From: Rhodospirillales bacterium
GTDB lineage: Bacteria; Pseudomonadota; Alphaproteobacteria; Rhodospirillales; Casp-alpha2
Length of the DNA stretch: 40,858 nucleotides
Direction of reading: 5' to 3'
NCBI GenBank assembly: GCA_028282185.1
Contig: JANQIJ010000341.1
Span: forward strand, 1-40,858
Part shown: one piece after another, positions 17,477-25,750 of the stretch
How positions within the stretch are numbered: the first letter of the stretch is position 1
Layout: the number at the start of each line of letters is the position of its first letter
Translations under genes and position numbers: made by a program
The notes under the pieces: model-generated
Told to the model about the DNA's origin: nothing
The model's database searches: none
What the model saw: the letters and a program-made list of their open reading frames with translations, nothing else

Positions 17477-18055
17477 ATGTCTGGACGAGCTGAAGTCCCG
17501 GTTACCGAACGCCATAGAAGCCTTCAGGATTTCGAGGGCGAATGGAACCTGACCCAGAAATTTTTCACAGGCGCCAAAGGCGATCCAATCGTCAACCATG
17601 GCAAGACCGTCAGCCGCATCATGCTGGGCGGTCGGGCCATGTTCATGGAGTCCGAACTTGAGAATGGCTACAGTTCGATCTTGCTGTATACGTGGAACGT
17701 GGCAAAAGGCACATACGAGGGGGTGTTCATGGACATCCACAGTTTTGACGGCCTCGACCCCCTTGACGGCGCACCGTCCGCTAGGTTGCCGGTTACAGGC
17801 GATTGCAATCCGAAAATGGGAGACGGAGAGATGTTCGCCGGGATGGTCCGGGAGCGTGTATGGAAAAGCCGGCTCACGATTCCCAGGAATGCGTCCATGG
17901 TAGCGGGTGCTCCGGAGACCATCGCCGGTGTCGATCAGGTTCCTGTCGAGGTCTATGAGCACAAAGTCTCGGACAAGGAATGGCTGTTGGCCTGTGTTGC
18001 TATGGACGCCGCGGGGGATCCCTACGTTCAAATGGAAAACACGTATACCCGCTAG
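17477..18055 (+). CDS. DUF1579-like beta-barrel protein
   Basis: H..L..FEGEW, G...SRIMLGGRAM, Y.WNVAKGTYEGVFMDIHS match the DUF1579 pattern. Strong RBS GAGGAGAGGA before ATG 17477. Confidence 0.6.
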   Translation: MSGRAEVPVTERHRSLQDFEGEWNLTQKFFTGAKGDPIVNHGKTVSRIMLGGRAMFMESELENGYSSILLYTWNVAKGTYEGVFMDIHSFDGLDPLDGAPSARLPVTGDCNPKMGDGEMFAGMVRERVWKSRLTIPRNASMVAGAPETIAGVDQVPVEVYEHKVSDKEWLLACVAMDAAGDPYVQMENTYTR

Positions 18056-18066
18056 GGCGCGATGCA

Positions 18067-18281
18067 GGGTGGCGGATATGGCCGAGGGCCGCAGATTGTC
18101 GGAGCCATCGGTTCGTTGATAAGGATCGGCCATGCACTGATCCAAGGTGCCTCATGTCAGATATCGGGCGATCGATCGGCGACGGGTCGTCGTGCTCCAG
18201 GATGCGTGAATCGATGAACCGTTTCATGGTGTGATTTCGGCCCGGCGGTCTGACGGAGTTTGCCGGCCATATTCGCCGCCC
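18067..18281 (+). repeat. 215-nt intergenic element closed by an 18-bp imperfect inverted repeat
   Basis: GGGTGGCGGATATGGCCG (18067-18084) pairs with CGGCCATATTCGCCGCCC (18264-18281): 16 Watson-Crick pairs plus 2 G.U pairs on the + strand. Confidence 0.6.
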
Positions 18282-18313
18282 CTTCGTGCCTGTTCGAAGC
18301 AAGGCATTTATGG

Positions 18314-21300
18314 ATGGCGGTGAAGCCCCACGAGAATAACGTCGAGGTTGGCGTCAGGGATTGTTCTCAACGCAGAGCAGTCAAGGTGTCCGGTACGGCC
18401 CTCTCCACAATCGGTCAGGCGGCAATTCAGTCCTGCGCAAGGCTGTGTGACGTGTCTCCCGAGGCCGTATTTACGGCGGCGGTGGCGTTGACCCTTCGGC
18501 AATACAGCCAAGACGACGAATTTTCCCTTTCGATCTGCCGCCCAAACCATGGGCCGGATACGAGCCCTATCAACGAACTGCATCTGCGTTTCACGCCCCG
18601 GTCCTTGGTCAGGCACTGTATCGAAACGGTTGCAAAACTTGTTGATGGCGCGAACGCCACGGGGCGGCCCCGACAGGCGAGCCGACCGCCTCGACCCCGT
18701 TCGGCGGGCCGGAGAAACGGCGAGGGGGAAGCCGCGGCCCCGGATCTGATTGATCCCGGCGGCCAGGCATTCTCCGTCGCGTTTTTTGAGAAACCGGCGA
18801 CCAAGGCAAGACGGGACAAATGCCTGAGGCCGGTTGTCCTCGGCGGCGCGGCTGACGTCGCCGTGGTCCACCGGCCCGAGAAGGACAAACATCGCATAGA
18901 GATCTTGTACGCGGCGACAGCGCTGCATCGGTCGTCGGCCCGTCAATTGGCGGCTCATGTAAGCAAGCAATTGGCGGACCTCAATTCGTATCTTTCGGCG
19001 TCCCGTGAAGCGTCCGGCGGGATGACGCCCGCCCAGCGGCGACGAATTCAACGGAGGTCTCGGGGGCCGCGCCGACGCTACGACTTTGATGGCGGGTTGA
19101 AGGCCCTGTTCGAAAATCAGGTGCGCGAGACGCCGGAAGACACCGCCTTGATCTGGGAAAGCCCCAGCGGCGAGCGCCATTGCCTTGGCTACGAAGACTT
19201 GAACGCATCGGCGAACGACTTGGCCGAGCGGTTGGCCGACGCGGGCGTTCACGCCGGTGATCCGATCGCTTGCCTCATGCGACGGGGGCCGGAAAGCCTT
19301 CAGGGGCTGGTCGCGGTCATCAAGGTCGGCGGCGTATATGTCCCGATCGACGACGGCTACCCCGACCGCTACGTCTCGCGGATCCTGAAGGATGTCGGCG
19401 CCCATTGTGTTCTGACCCTTCCGGAGGACGTGTCCCGGATATCTTCGCTGTTTCCCGAGTTGACGGTCATCGGTGTTGATATCCGGTCGGATTTCGCCGT
19501 CTCGCCGCCGAATCCGGCGGGCGGCCGTGGCGCCGATTCGGATTGCTTGATCATGTACACCTCCGGCTCCACGGGAGCCCCGAAAGGAGTCGTGCACCGG
19601 CAACGCCAGGTATTGAACCGGCTCCACTGGATGTGGGACGCCTATCCGTTCGAGGCCCGCGAACACGCGTGCCAGCGAAGCCCGCTTGTCGTGATGCCCT
19701 CGATTTGGGAACTCCTGGGCGGGCTTCTGGCCGGCGTCCCGACTGTCATCATGCCGACCGGGACAAGTCGTGATCCCATCGCCTGCGCGGAATTCATTCA
19801 GCGCCATCGTGTTACGCGGATGACCCTGCTTCCGTCGTTCCTGTCGCTCTTGATCGATCAACCCGGTGCCGGCTTGATGCTTCGGTCCCTGACGTTCGTC
19901 ATCGTGGGTGGAGAGATGTTTCCGCCGTCGCTGTACGGACGCTTCCGCGAAAGTCTCCCGGACTGCACCCTGATCGAGGATTATGGTTGCACCGAGGTCA
20001 ACACCATCTGGTGTTCTGCCGTGCGCCCGGGATCCGACGATCATGCGTCCCCTCCCGGCGGTCGGCCGATCGCCAACCTGGGGGCCTATGTGCTCGACGG
20101 TACGGGACGACTGGCGCGCCCCGGGATGGTCGGGGAACTCGCGGTCGCCGGAGAGCCGCTCGCTCGTGCCTATCTCGGTCGACCCGAGGAGTATACGGAA
20201 CGGTTCATAAAAAACGAGGTGGACAAGGCGTTGGGGCCCTTGCTTTACAAGACGGGGGACCTGGCGTTCAACAGGCCCGATGGCTCGATCAAGCTCATCG
20301 GGCGCCGGGACTTCCAATTGAAGATTAGAGGGTTGCGCGTGGACCCCACGGAGGTCGAGAACGTTGTTCTGGACCACACGTCCGTTTCCGCCTGTTGCGC
20401 GGTGTCCCAACCCTGTCCCGAAGAAGGGGACAAGCTTGTCGTTTTCGTCATTCTCAAGAAAGGCGCGACGGCCGCGCCCGATGAATTGCGTGGCTTCATA
20501 GCCCGGCGCCTTCCCTCCCATATGGTGCCGACAGGCATCGTGTTCCGGCGTTCTTTCCCGAAAACCGGAAGCGGCAAGATCGACCGGCGGGCCATGGCGG
20601 CCAGCGTCGAACCGGCGGCTCCCGGGGCGGAACGGGCGTTCGCGGCCTCCGGCGACTTGCCGACGCGCATCCGCTCGATTTTGGCGCATTTGACGGGCTC
20701 GGCGGTCTCGGAAATCCGAAACGACATGGAATTTCGGCTCATGGGGGTCGATTCCGCGCGCACCGTCACCATGGCGAGACAGCTGACGGAAGACCTCGGC
20801 CGGGAGGTGAGGCCGTCGGCGATTTTCGACAACTGTACGGTCACGGCCCTCTCGGATGCGCTGGCCGGCGGAAGGAATGCCGCCGGTGTCGTGAACCGGA
20901 AAGCCCCGGCTGCCGGCGCGGCGCAAGGAACCGATATCGCCGTCATCGGAATGTCGGGACGCTTCCCCGGCGCGGCGACGGTCCGGGAGTTTTGGCAGAA
21001 TCTCGCGGCGGGGTGCGGCTTCGTCACCGAAGTGCCGGCGGACCGTTGGTCGATCGACGAATATTATGACCCGGATCCGGGAAACCAACATGCCTCGATC
21101 AGCAAATGGGGCGCCTTTCTTTCCGACATCGCCGGTTTCGATCCCTTGTTCTTCCGCATCTCGCCGGCCGATGCCGCGCTGATGGATCCTCAACAGCGGA
21201 TCGGTTTGGAAGAGGCTTGGCGGGCCTTCGAGGACGCGGGCTACGCGCCGAGGTGCCTGGCCGGCATGGCGGTGGGCACGTTCATCGGAATCCGCTCAGG

Positions 21301-24300
21301 TGGCTACGAGGACCTTTGCGCCAGTGACTCCATGCCGCCTGGCCGGGGGTCGCTGCTCGGCAATGACCCCTCCATGCTCGCGGCGCGCCTGGCCAACCGG
21401 CTGCAGATCGGGGGGCCCAGCCTGACGATCGACACCGCTTGCTCCTCGTCCCTTGCCGCGGTTCACCAGGCCTGCCGGAGCCTGATCGCGGGCGAATGCG
21501 AAATGGCGCTTGCCGGCGGCGTCAGCCTGACACTATCGGTGGACTTCTTCATCGCGACCAGTCGGCTCGGGATCTTCTCGCCGACGGGGCAATGCCGGGC
21601 ATTCGACCGAGACGCGGACGGGTTCGTGCAGGGCGAAGGCGCCGGCTTCGTCATATTGAAGCCCCTCCAGGCGGCCATCGAGGACGGCGACGGGATCCAT
21701 GCCGTCATCAAGGGCAGCGCGCTTCACCATGATGGCCGGACGAACGGGTTGGGGGCGCCGAGCGCGCGTTCTCAATCGGACACCCAGACCGAGGTGTACC
21801 GCCGGTTCGGCATTTCGCCGGACTCCATCTCCTACGTCGAGGCGCATGGCACGGGGACGGTGCTCGGAGACCAGATCGAGATAGAGGCGTTGACCCGAAC
21901 GTTCGGCGAACGGGCCGGCGCGGCGCGGAAATGCGCGATCGGTTCCGTCAAAACCAACATTGGCCACCTTACGGCCGCCGCCGGCATCGCGGGGCTGATA
22001 AAAGTGATACTGAGCCTCAAGGAGAAGCGGATTCCGCCCAGTCTCAATTTCGCGGAGCCGAACCCCGCCATCGGGTTCGAAAATACGCCGTTCCATGTGA
22101 ACACCCGATTGACCGATTGGTGCGATGGCGACGACGGGTCGCCCCGGCGGGCAGCGGTGAATTCGTTCGGGCTCGGGGGAACGAATGTCCATTGCGTGGT
22201 CGAGGAGGCGCCGGAAGCCGCGCCCTCGGAACAAACGGCCGACGACCGTGCGGATCATCTGATCATTTTGAGCGCCCAATCGGAGGAGGCCCTTCGCAGG
22301 CAGGCAGACGCCTTGCACACATGGATCAAGGCCGGGAAAGGGGACGGATCGCTCGCCGACATTGCGTTCACGCTCTTGGCCGGCCGCGAACGGCATCCGA
22401 TATACCGCGTCCTTGTTACGGATCGTTTCGAGGACTTGCTCGACCGGCTCACGGATACCGCCCGGGGGAACGGCCTTGAAAGGTGTTCCGGCGTCCCCGG
22501 TCCCCTGTCCTCACGCGGTGGCGCCGCCACGGCATTCGGAGACTTTTTATTGGCGCGCCTGAGGTCTGGCGACCTTGACCGGGCGGAACGGCGGGAGACC
22601 TTGCGTGCCTTGGGGGACATCATGGTGGCCGGCTTCGATCTCGAACCACATGAACTCTATTCCCCGGGCGCGGCGCGGCGCCTGTCGCTTCCCGGGTATT
22701 CCTTCGACAGGCGCCATTGCTGGCCCCCCGAGCCGCGGCATGCCGAATCACCCCGAACGACGCCCGGAACACCGGATGCGGAACACCGGATCGAAAATCC
22801 GCCGGCGGCGGGTGTCGACCGTCTCGAACAACTCCTCCGCGACACCCTCGCCGACCTGCTGTCCGTCGATCCGGACACAATAGAGCCGGAGACGCCTCTC
22901 GAGACTCTGGGATACGATTCCGTGGTGGCTGTCGACTTGCAGGCGGCCTTGTCCGAAGCCCTCGCGAGCGACATCCCTCTGACCGCTCTCGCCGGCGACC
23001 CGACGTTCCGACAGGCGGTTGCGCGCATCCGTGACTCTGTGCCGGGCGTGCAGGGAAACGAAGACCGGTCGGCCGGCTCCGGGCCCCGGGTCCCGACACA
23101 GACGCCGGGCGCCCATGGGATTGGTCAGGCGGTTGGTCAGGGGGGTGGCGCCCCGTTTCCGCTTACCGACCTGCAAGCCTCTTATTACTTCGGGAAGGCC
23201 GCGTCGACTGAGACCGGCGGCTGCCAGGCTTACGTTGAGTTCGAGATCGATCGATTGATTCCCGACGCGCTCGAACGGGCATGGAACCGGCTGGTCGCGA
23301 GGCACCCCATGTTGAGGGTCCGGATTCTGAAGGATGGGACTCAGACCGTCTCGCGCGACGCGCCGGCCTACAAGATCGAGACGTTTCGGGCGGGTGACGA
23401 CGCCTCGTTCGAAGAGCGCATCGCGGCCGTGAGGCGGGAGCTTCTCCACAAGACATATCAGCCGCTGGAGTGGCCGCTGTTCGACGTTCGCGTAACTCTG
23501 GACGCGAACGGTCTGGGCGTCGTTCACGTCAGCATGGATGCCTGGATTGCCGATTGGCGGAGCGCCGAGCGGTTGCACAAGGAGTGGCGGCAGCTCTACG
23601 AGGACCCGGCGGCTGAATTGCCTCCGGTCGGCGCGACCTTCGCCGATTACGTCGCTTTCAAGCAAGCCCAATCGAAAACGCCGGAGGGCGCCGCTCAGCG
23701 GGCATACTGGAAACAGAAGCTGGCCGCCTGTCCGGACGGCCCGCGACTGCCCCATGCCGATGGAAGAGGAATGGTCAAGTTCCGGCGTTTCGTGCGCACT
23801 CTTGACCCAAAACAGTGGCAAGCCTTCAAAGAGCAAGCGGCAGGGGCCTCCGTCTTCAAGACCAGCGCCGTGCTGACGTGCTTCGCGAAAACGCTTGCCT
23901 GGGCCTCGCGGCAAGACCGCTTCGCGGTCGTCCTCACCCATGCCCATCGGCCGGCCGTAATGGGCGGACTCACGGAGGTCATCGGTCCGTTCACGAGCGT
24001 GAGCCTTTGCATTGTCGAGGATGCGTCCAGCGCGTCGGTCTCCGATCTGGCAGACCGACTGAACGAGCAGCTCGGCCGGGACCTGGCCAATCGGGATGTT
24101 TGTGCATCGGGCATTCTCGGTGAAATCGCCGCCGAGACGGGGCGATTGCCCGACCTGCCTGTCTTGTTCACCGCCCGGTTGAATAACGACCGTGTCGAAA
24201 GGAGTTGGTTCGACGACACGAGGTTCGCGCTCACGCAATCCAGCGGTGTCACGCTCGATGGCAGACTCCAGGAAATCGACGGGGCCCTGGAGATCTGCTG

Positions 24301-25750
24301 GGACATTGCGGAGTCAAAACTGCCCGGCGAAACGGCCGAACAGATGTTGGACGATTTCGTCGCCCGGCTCTCACGTGTCGCGGCGTCCGGCCTGAGCGTC
24401 GACGGCGGCGATACGAAGGAGATTCCCGTTTCCGTGCTGCAACGGGCCTATCTCGCGGCGCGTGTCGCGGGCGCGGTCGGCGATTGGACCGAAGGGACGG
24501 TCTATCAGGAATTCCGCATGCCCTACGTTGATCCAACGACGATGGCGGCGCGGCTTCGGAAACTGTTTGAGAGCGAGCCGGCGATCGGCTTGCAGGTGAA
24601 CCATCGGGGACTGCTGGCCCTCCATGCCCGGCGCCGGGCGCCCATGATCGACGTGGAAGACCTTACCATGGTCACCGCGGAGGCTGTCGAGGACCGTGTT
24701 CGCCAGGCCCGCAGCGATCTGCTGGGGATGCGCCCGTTCCGCGAAGACGCGCCGGCGATCCGGGCGCGAATGCTGATCCGCGGGGGCCGCATTGGGCTCC
24801 ATTTGGCGACGGACATGGTGGCGGCGGATGGGCTTTCGGTCCTGCACATCTACCGCCGTCTGATCGGCGCCGACGACCTCGGTACAGCGGACGCGGGCCT
24901 CGGCACTCACGCCTATATAGACCGCCTCCGGCGCGCCGGCGACGGCGAAAGCGACGTCGGTCATGGCGTCGATCGGAAATACTGGCTGGAGAAGCTCGAA
25001 CCGGTATCGGCCGGCCCGCTTCTGCCCGGCCCGCCCGGACAAGCGGATGGCGGCTTTCCCATGGGAAGGCTTCGGACGGACTTGGATATCCTCCGGCCGT
25101 TGTCGGCATCGGCCGGTCGGCTGGGGGTGACGATGGACGCGGTCCTCGTTGCCGCGCTGAACGTCGCCCTTTGCCATTGGAGCCGGTCATCGTCCTTTGG
25201 ACTCCATGCCGTGCTTGATGGGCGGGACCTGCGGCCTGAGGGGACGCATGGGGCGATCGGGGACTTCAGCGAGTTGGCCTGGATCGTCGAGGACCGCCGT
25301 CAGGCGTCGTTCGCCGAACGGGCCCGCGCCGTGGACGAAACGATCGCGGCGGATTTGGCGCATCGGCGCTTTTCTCCATTGGAGGCGTTTGCCTGTCTTC
25401 CGCGCCGCGGGTCAACCGACGAAGAGCGCCGGATCGCATATACCGGATGTCTGACCGAGGCGCCGCTGTCCTGGCCCGAGGAGGTGGTTTGGGACGACGG
25501 CGTTTCCATGACCCCGGGGATCGATATGGATTGCTTCGCGCACAACCTGGGCGGGCGGTTGGGACTCCATCTGGATTTCCGCAGGTCTCGGATTTCCGAG
25601 GACGTGGCGGAAGGCGTGTTCGGACAATTCGTCCAGTTGCTCGAGGCCCTCGCGGCGGATCGGGAGACCTGGCACGAACCGCATGTCCCCGAAGGCGGTT
25701 GCGCGGCGCCTCGGCCGGCCGGCGCGCGGAGGGGGTGCTACAATGCCTAG
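18314..25750 (+). CDS. Hybrid NRPS / trans-AT PKS 1: degenerate C fragment - A - PCP - KS - ACP - Cy - Cy
   Basis: A domain (YTSGSTGAPKG, YKTGD, GRRDFQLKIRG, SGKIDR; ~19090-20600). PCP MGVDS (~20741). KS DTACSSS/HGTGT/KTNIGH (~20930-22210). Only an AT-docking remnant, no AT active site. ACP LGYDS (~22907). Two heterocyclisation domains: FPLTDLQ..DAWIAD (~23537) and DMVAAD..IGDFS (~24812). Start ATG 18314. Confidence 0.92.
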   Translation: MAVKPHENNVEVGVRDCSQRRAVKVSGTALSTIGQAAIQSCARLCDVSPEAVFTAAVALTLRQYSQDDEFSLSICRPNHGPDTSPINELHLRFTPRSLVRHCIETVAKLVDGANATGRPRQASRPPRPRSAGRRNGEGEAAAPDLIDPGGQAFSVAFFEKPATKARRDKCLRPVVLGGAADVAVVHRPEKDKHRIEILYAATALHRSSARQLAAHVSKQLADLNSYLSASREASGGMTPAQRRRIQRRSRGPRRRYDFDGGLKALFENQVRETPEDTALIWESPSGERHCLGYEDLNASANDLAERLADAGVHAGDPIACLMRRGPESLQGLVAVIKVGGVYVPIDDGYPDRYVSRILKDVGAHCVLTLPEDVSRISSLFPELTVIGVDIRSDFAVSPPNPAGGRGADSDCLIMYTSGSTGAPKGVVHRQRQVLNRLHWMWDAYPFEAREHACQRSPLVVMPSIWELLGGLLAGVPTVIMPTGTSRDPIACAEFIQRHRVTRMTLLPSFLSLLIDQPGAGLMLRSLTFVIVGGEMFPPSLYGRFRESLPDCTLIEDYGCTEVNTIWCSAVRPGSDDHASPPGGRPIANLGAYVLDGTGRLARPGMVGELAVAGEPLARAYLGRPEEYTERFIKNEVDKALGPLLYKTGDLAFNRPDGSIKLIGRRDFQLKIRGLRVDPTEVENVVLDHTSVSACCAVSQPCPEEGDKLVVFVILKKGATAAPDELRGFIARRLPSHMVPTGIVFRRSFPKTGSGKIDRRAMAASVEPAAPGAERAFAASGDLPTRIRSILAHLTGSAVSEIRNDMEFRLMGVDSARTVTMARQLTEDLGREVRPSAIFDNCTVTALSDALAGGRNAAGVVNRKAPAAGAAQGTDIAVIGMSGRFPGAATVREFWQNLAAGCGFVTEVPADRWSIDEYYDPDPGNQHASISKWGAFLSDIAGFDPLFFRISPADAALMDPQQRIGLEEAWRAFEDAGYAPRCLAGMAVGTFIGIRSGGYEDLCASDSMPPGRGSLLGNDPSMLAARLANRLQIGGPSLTIDTACSSSLAAVHQACRSLIAGECEMALAGGVSLTLSVDFFIATSRLGIFSPTGQCRAFDRDADGFVQGEGAGFVILKPLQAAIEDGDGIHAVIKGSALHHDGRTNGLGAPSARSQSDTQTEVYRRFGISPDSISYVEAHGTGTVLGDQIEIEALTRTFGERAGAARKCAIGSVKTNIGHLTAAAGIAGLIKVILSLKEKRIPPSLNFAEPNPAIGFENTPFHVNTRLTDWCDGDDGSPRRAAVNSFGLGGTNVHCVVEEAPEAAPSEQTADDRADHLIILSAQSEEALRRQADALHTWIKAGKGDGSLADIAFTLLAGRERHPIYRVLVTDRFEDLLDRLTDTARGNGLERCSGVPGPLSSRGGAATAFGDFLLARLRSGDLDRAERRETLRALGDIMVAGFDLEPHELYSPGAARRLSLPGYSFDRRHCWPPEPRHAESPRTTPGTPDAEHRIENPPAAGVDRLEQLLRDTLADLLSVDPDTIEPETPLETLGYDSVVAVDLQAALSEALASDIPLTALAGDPTFRQAVARIRDSVPGVQGNEDRSAGSGPRVPTQTPGAHGIGQAVGQGGGAPFPLTDLQASYYFGKAASTETGGCQAYVEFEIDRLIPDALERAWNRLVARHPMLRVRILKDGTQTVSRDAPAYKIETFRAGDDASFEERIAAVRRELLHKTYQPLEWPLFDVRVTLDANGLGVVHVSMDAWIADWRSAERLHKEWRQLYEDPAAELPPVGATFADYVAFKQAQSKTPEGAAQRAYWKQKLAACPDGPRLPHADGRGMVKFRRFVRTLDPKQWQAFKEQAAGASVFKTSAVLTCFAKTLAWASRQDRFAVVLTHAHRPAVMGGLTEVIGPFTSVSLCIVEDASSASVSDLADRLNEQLGRDLANRDVCASGILGEIAAETGRLPDLPVLFTARLNNDRVERSWFDDTRFALTQSSGVTLDGRLQEIDGALEICWDIAESKLPGETAEQMLDDFVARLSRVAASGLSVDGGDTKEIPVSVLQRAYLAARVAGAVGDWTEGTVYQEFRMPYVDPTTMAARLRKLFESEPAIGLQVNHRGLLALHARRRAPMIDVEDLTMVTAEAVEDRVRQARSDLLGMRPFREDAPAIRARMLIRGGRIGLHLATDMVAADGLSVLHIYRRLIGADDLGTADAGLGTHAYIDRLRRAGDGESDVGHGVDRKYWLEKLEPVSAGPLLPGPPGQADGGFPMGRLRTDLDILRPLSASAGRLGVTMDAVLVAALNVALCHWSRSSSFGLHAVLDGRDLRPEGTHGAIGDFSELAWIVEDRRQASFAERARAVDETIAADLAHRRFSPLEAFACLPRRGSTDEERRIAYTGCLTEAPLSWPEEVVWDDGVSMTPGIDMDCFAHNLGGRLGLHLDFRRSRISEDVAEGVFGQFVQLLEALAADRETWHEPHVPEGGCAAPRPAGARRGCYNA

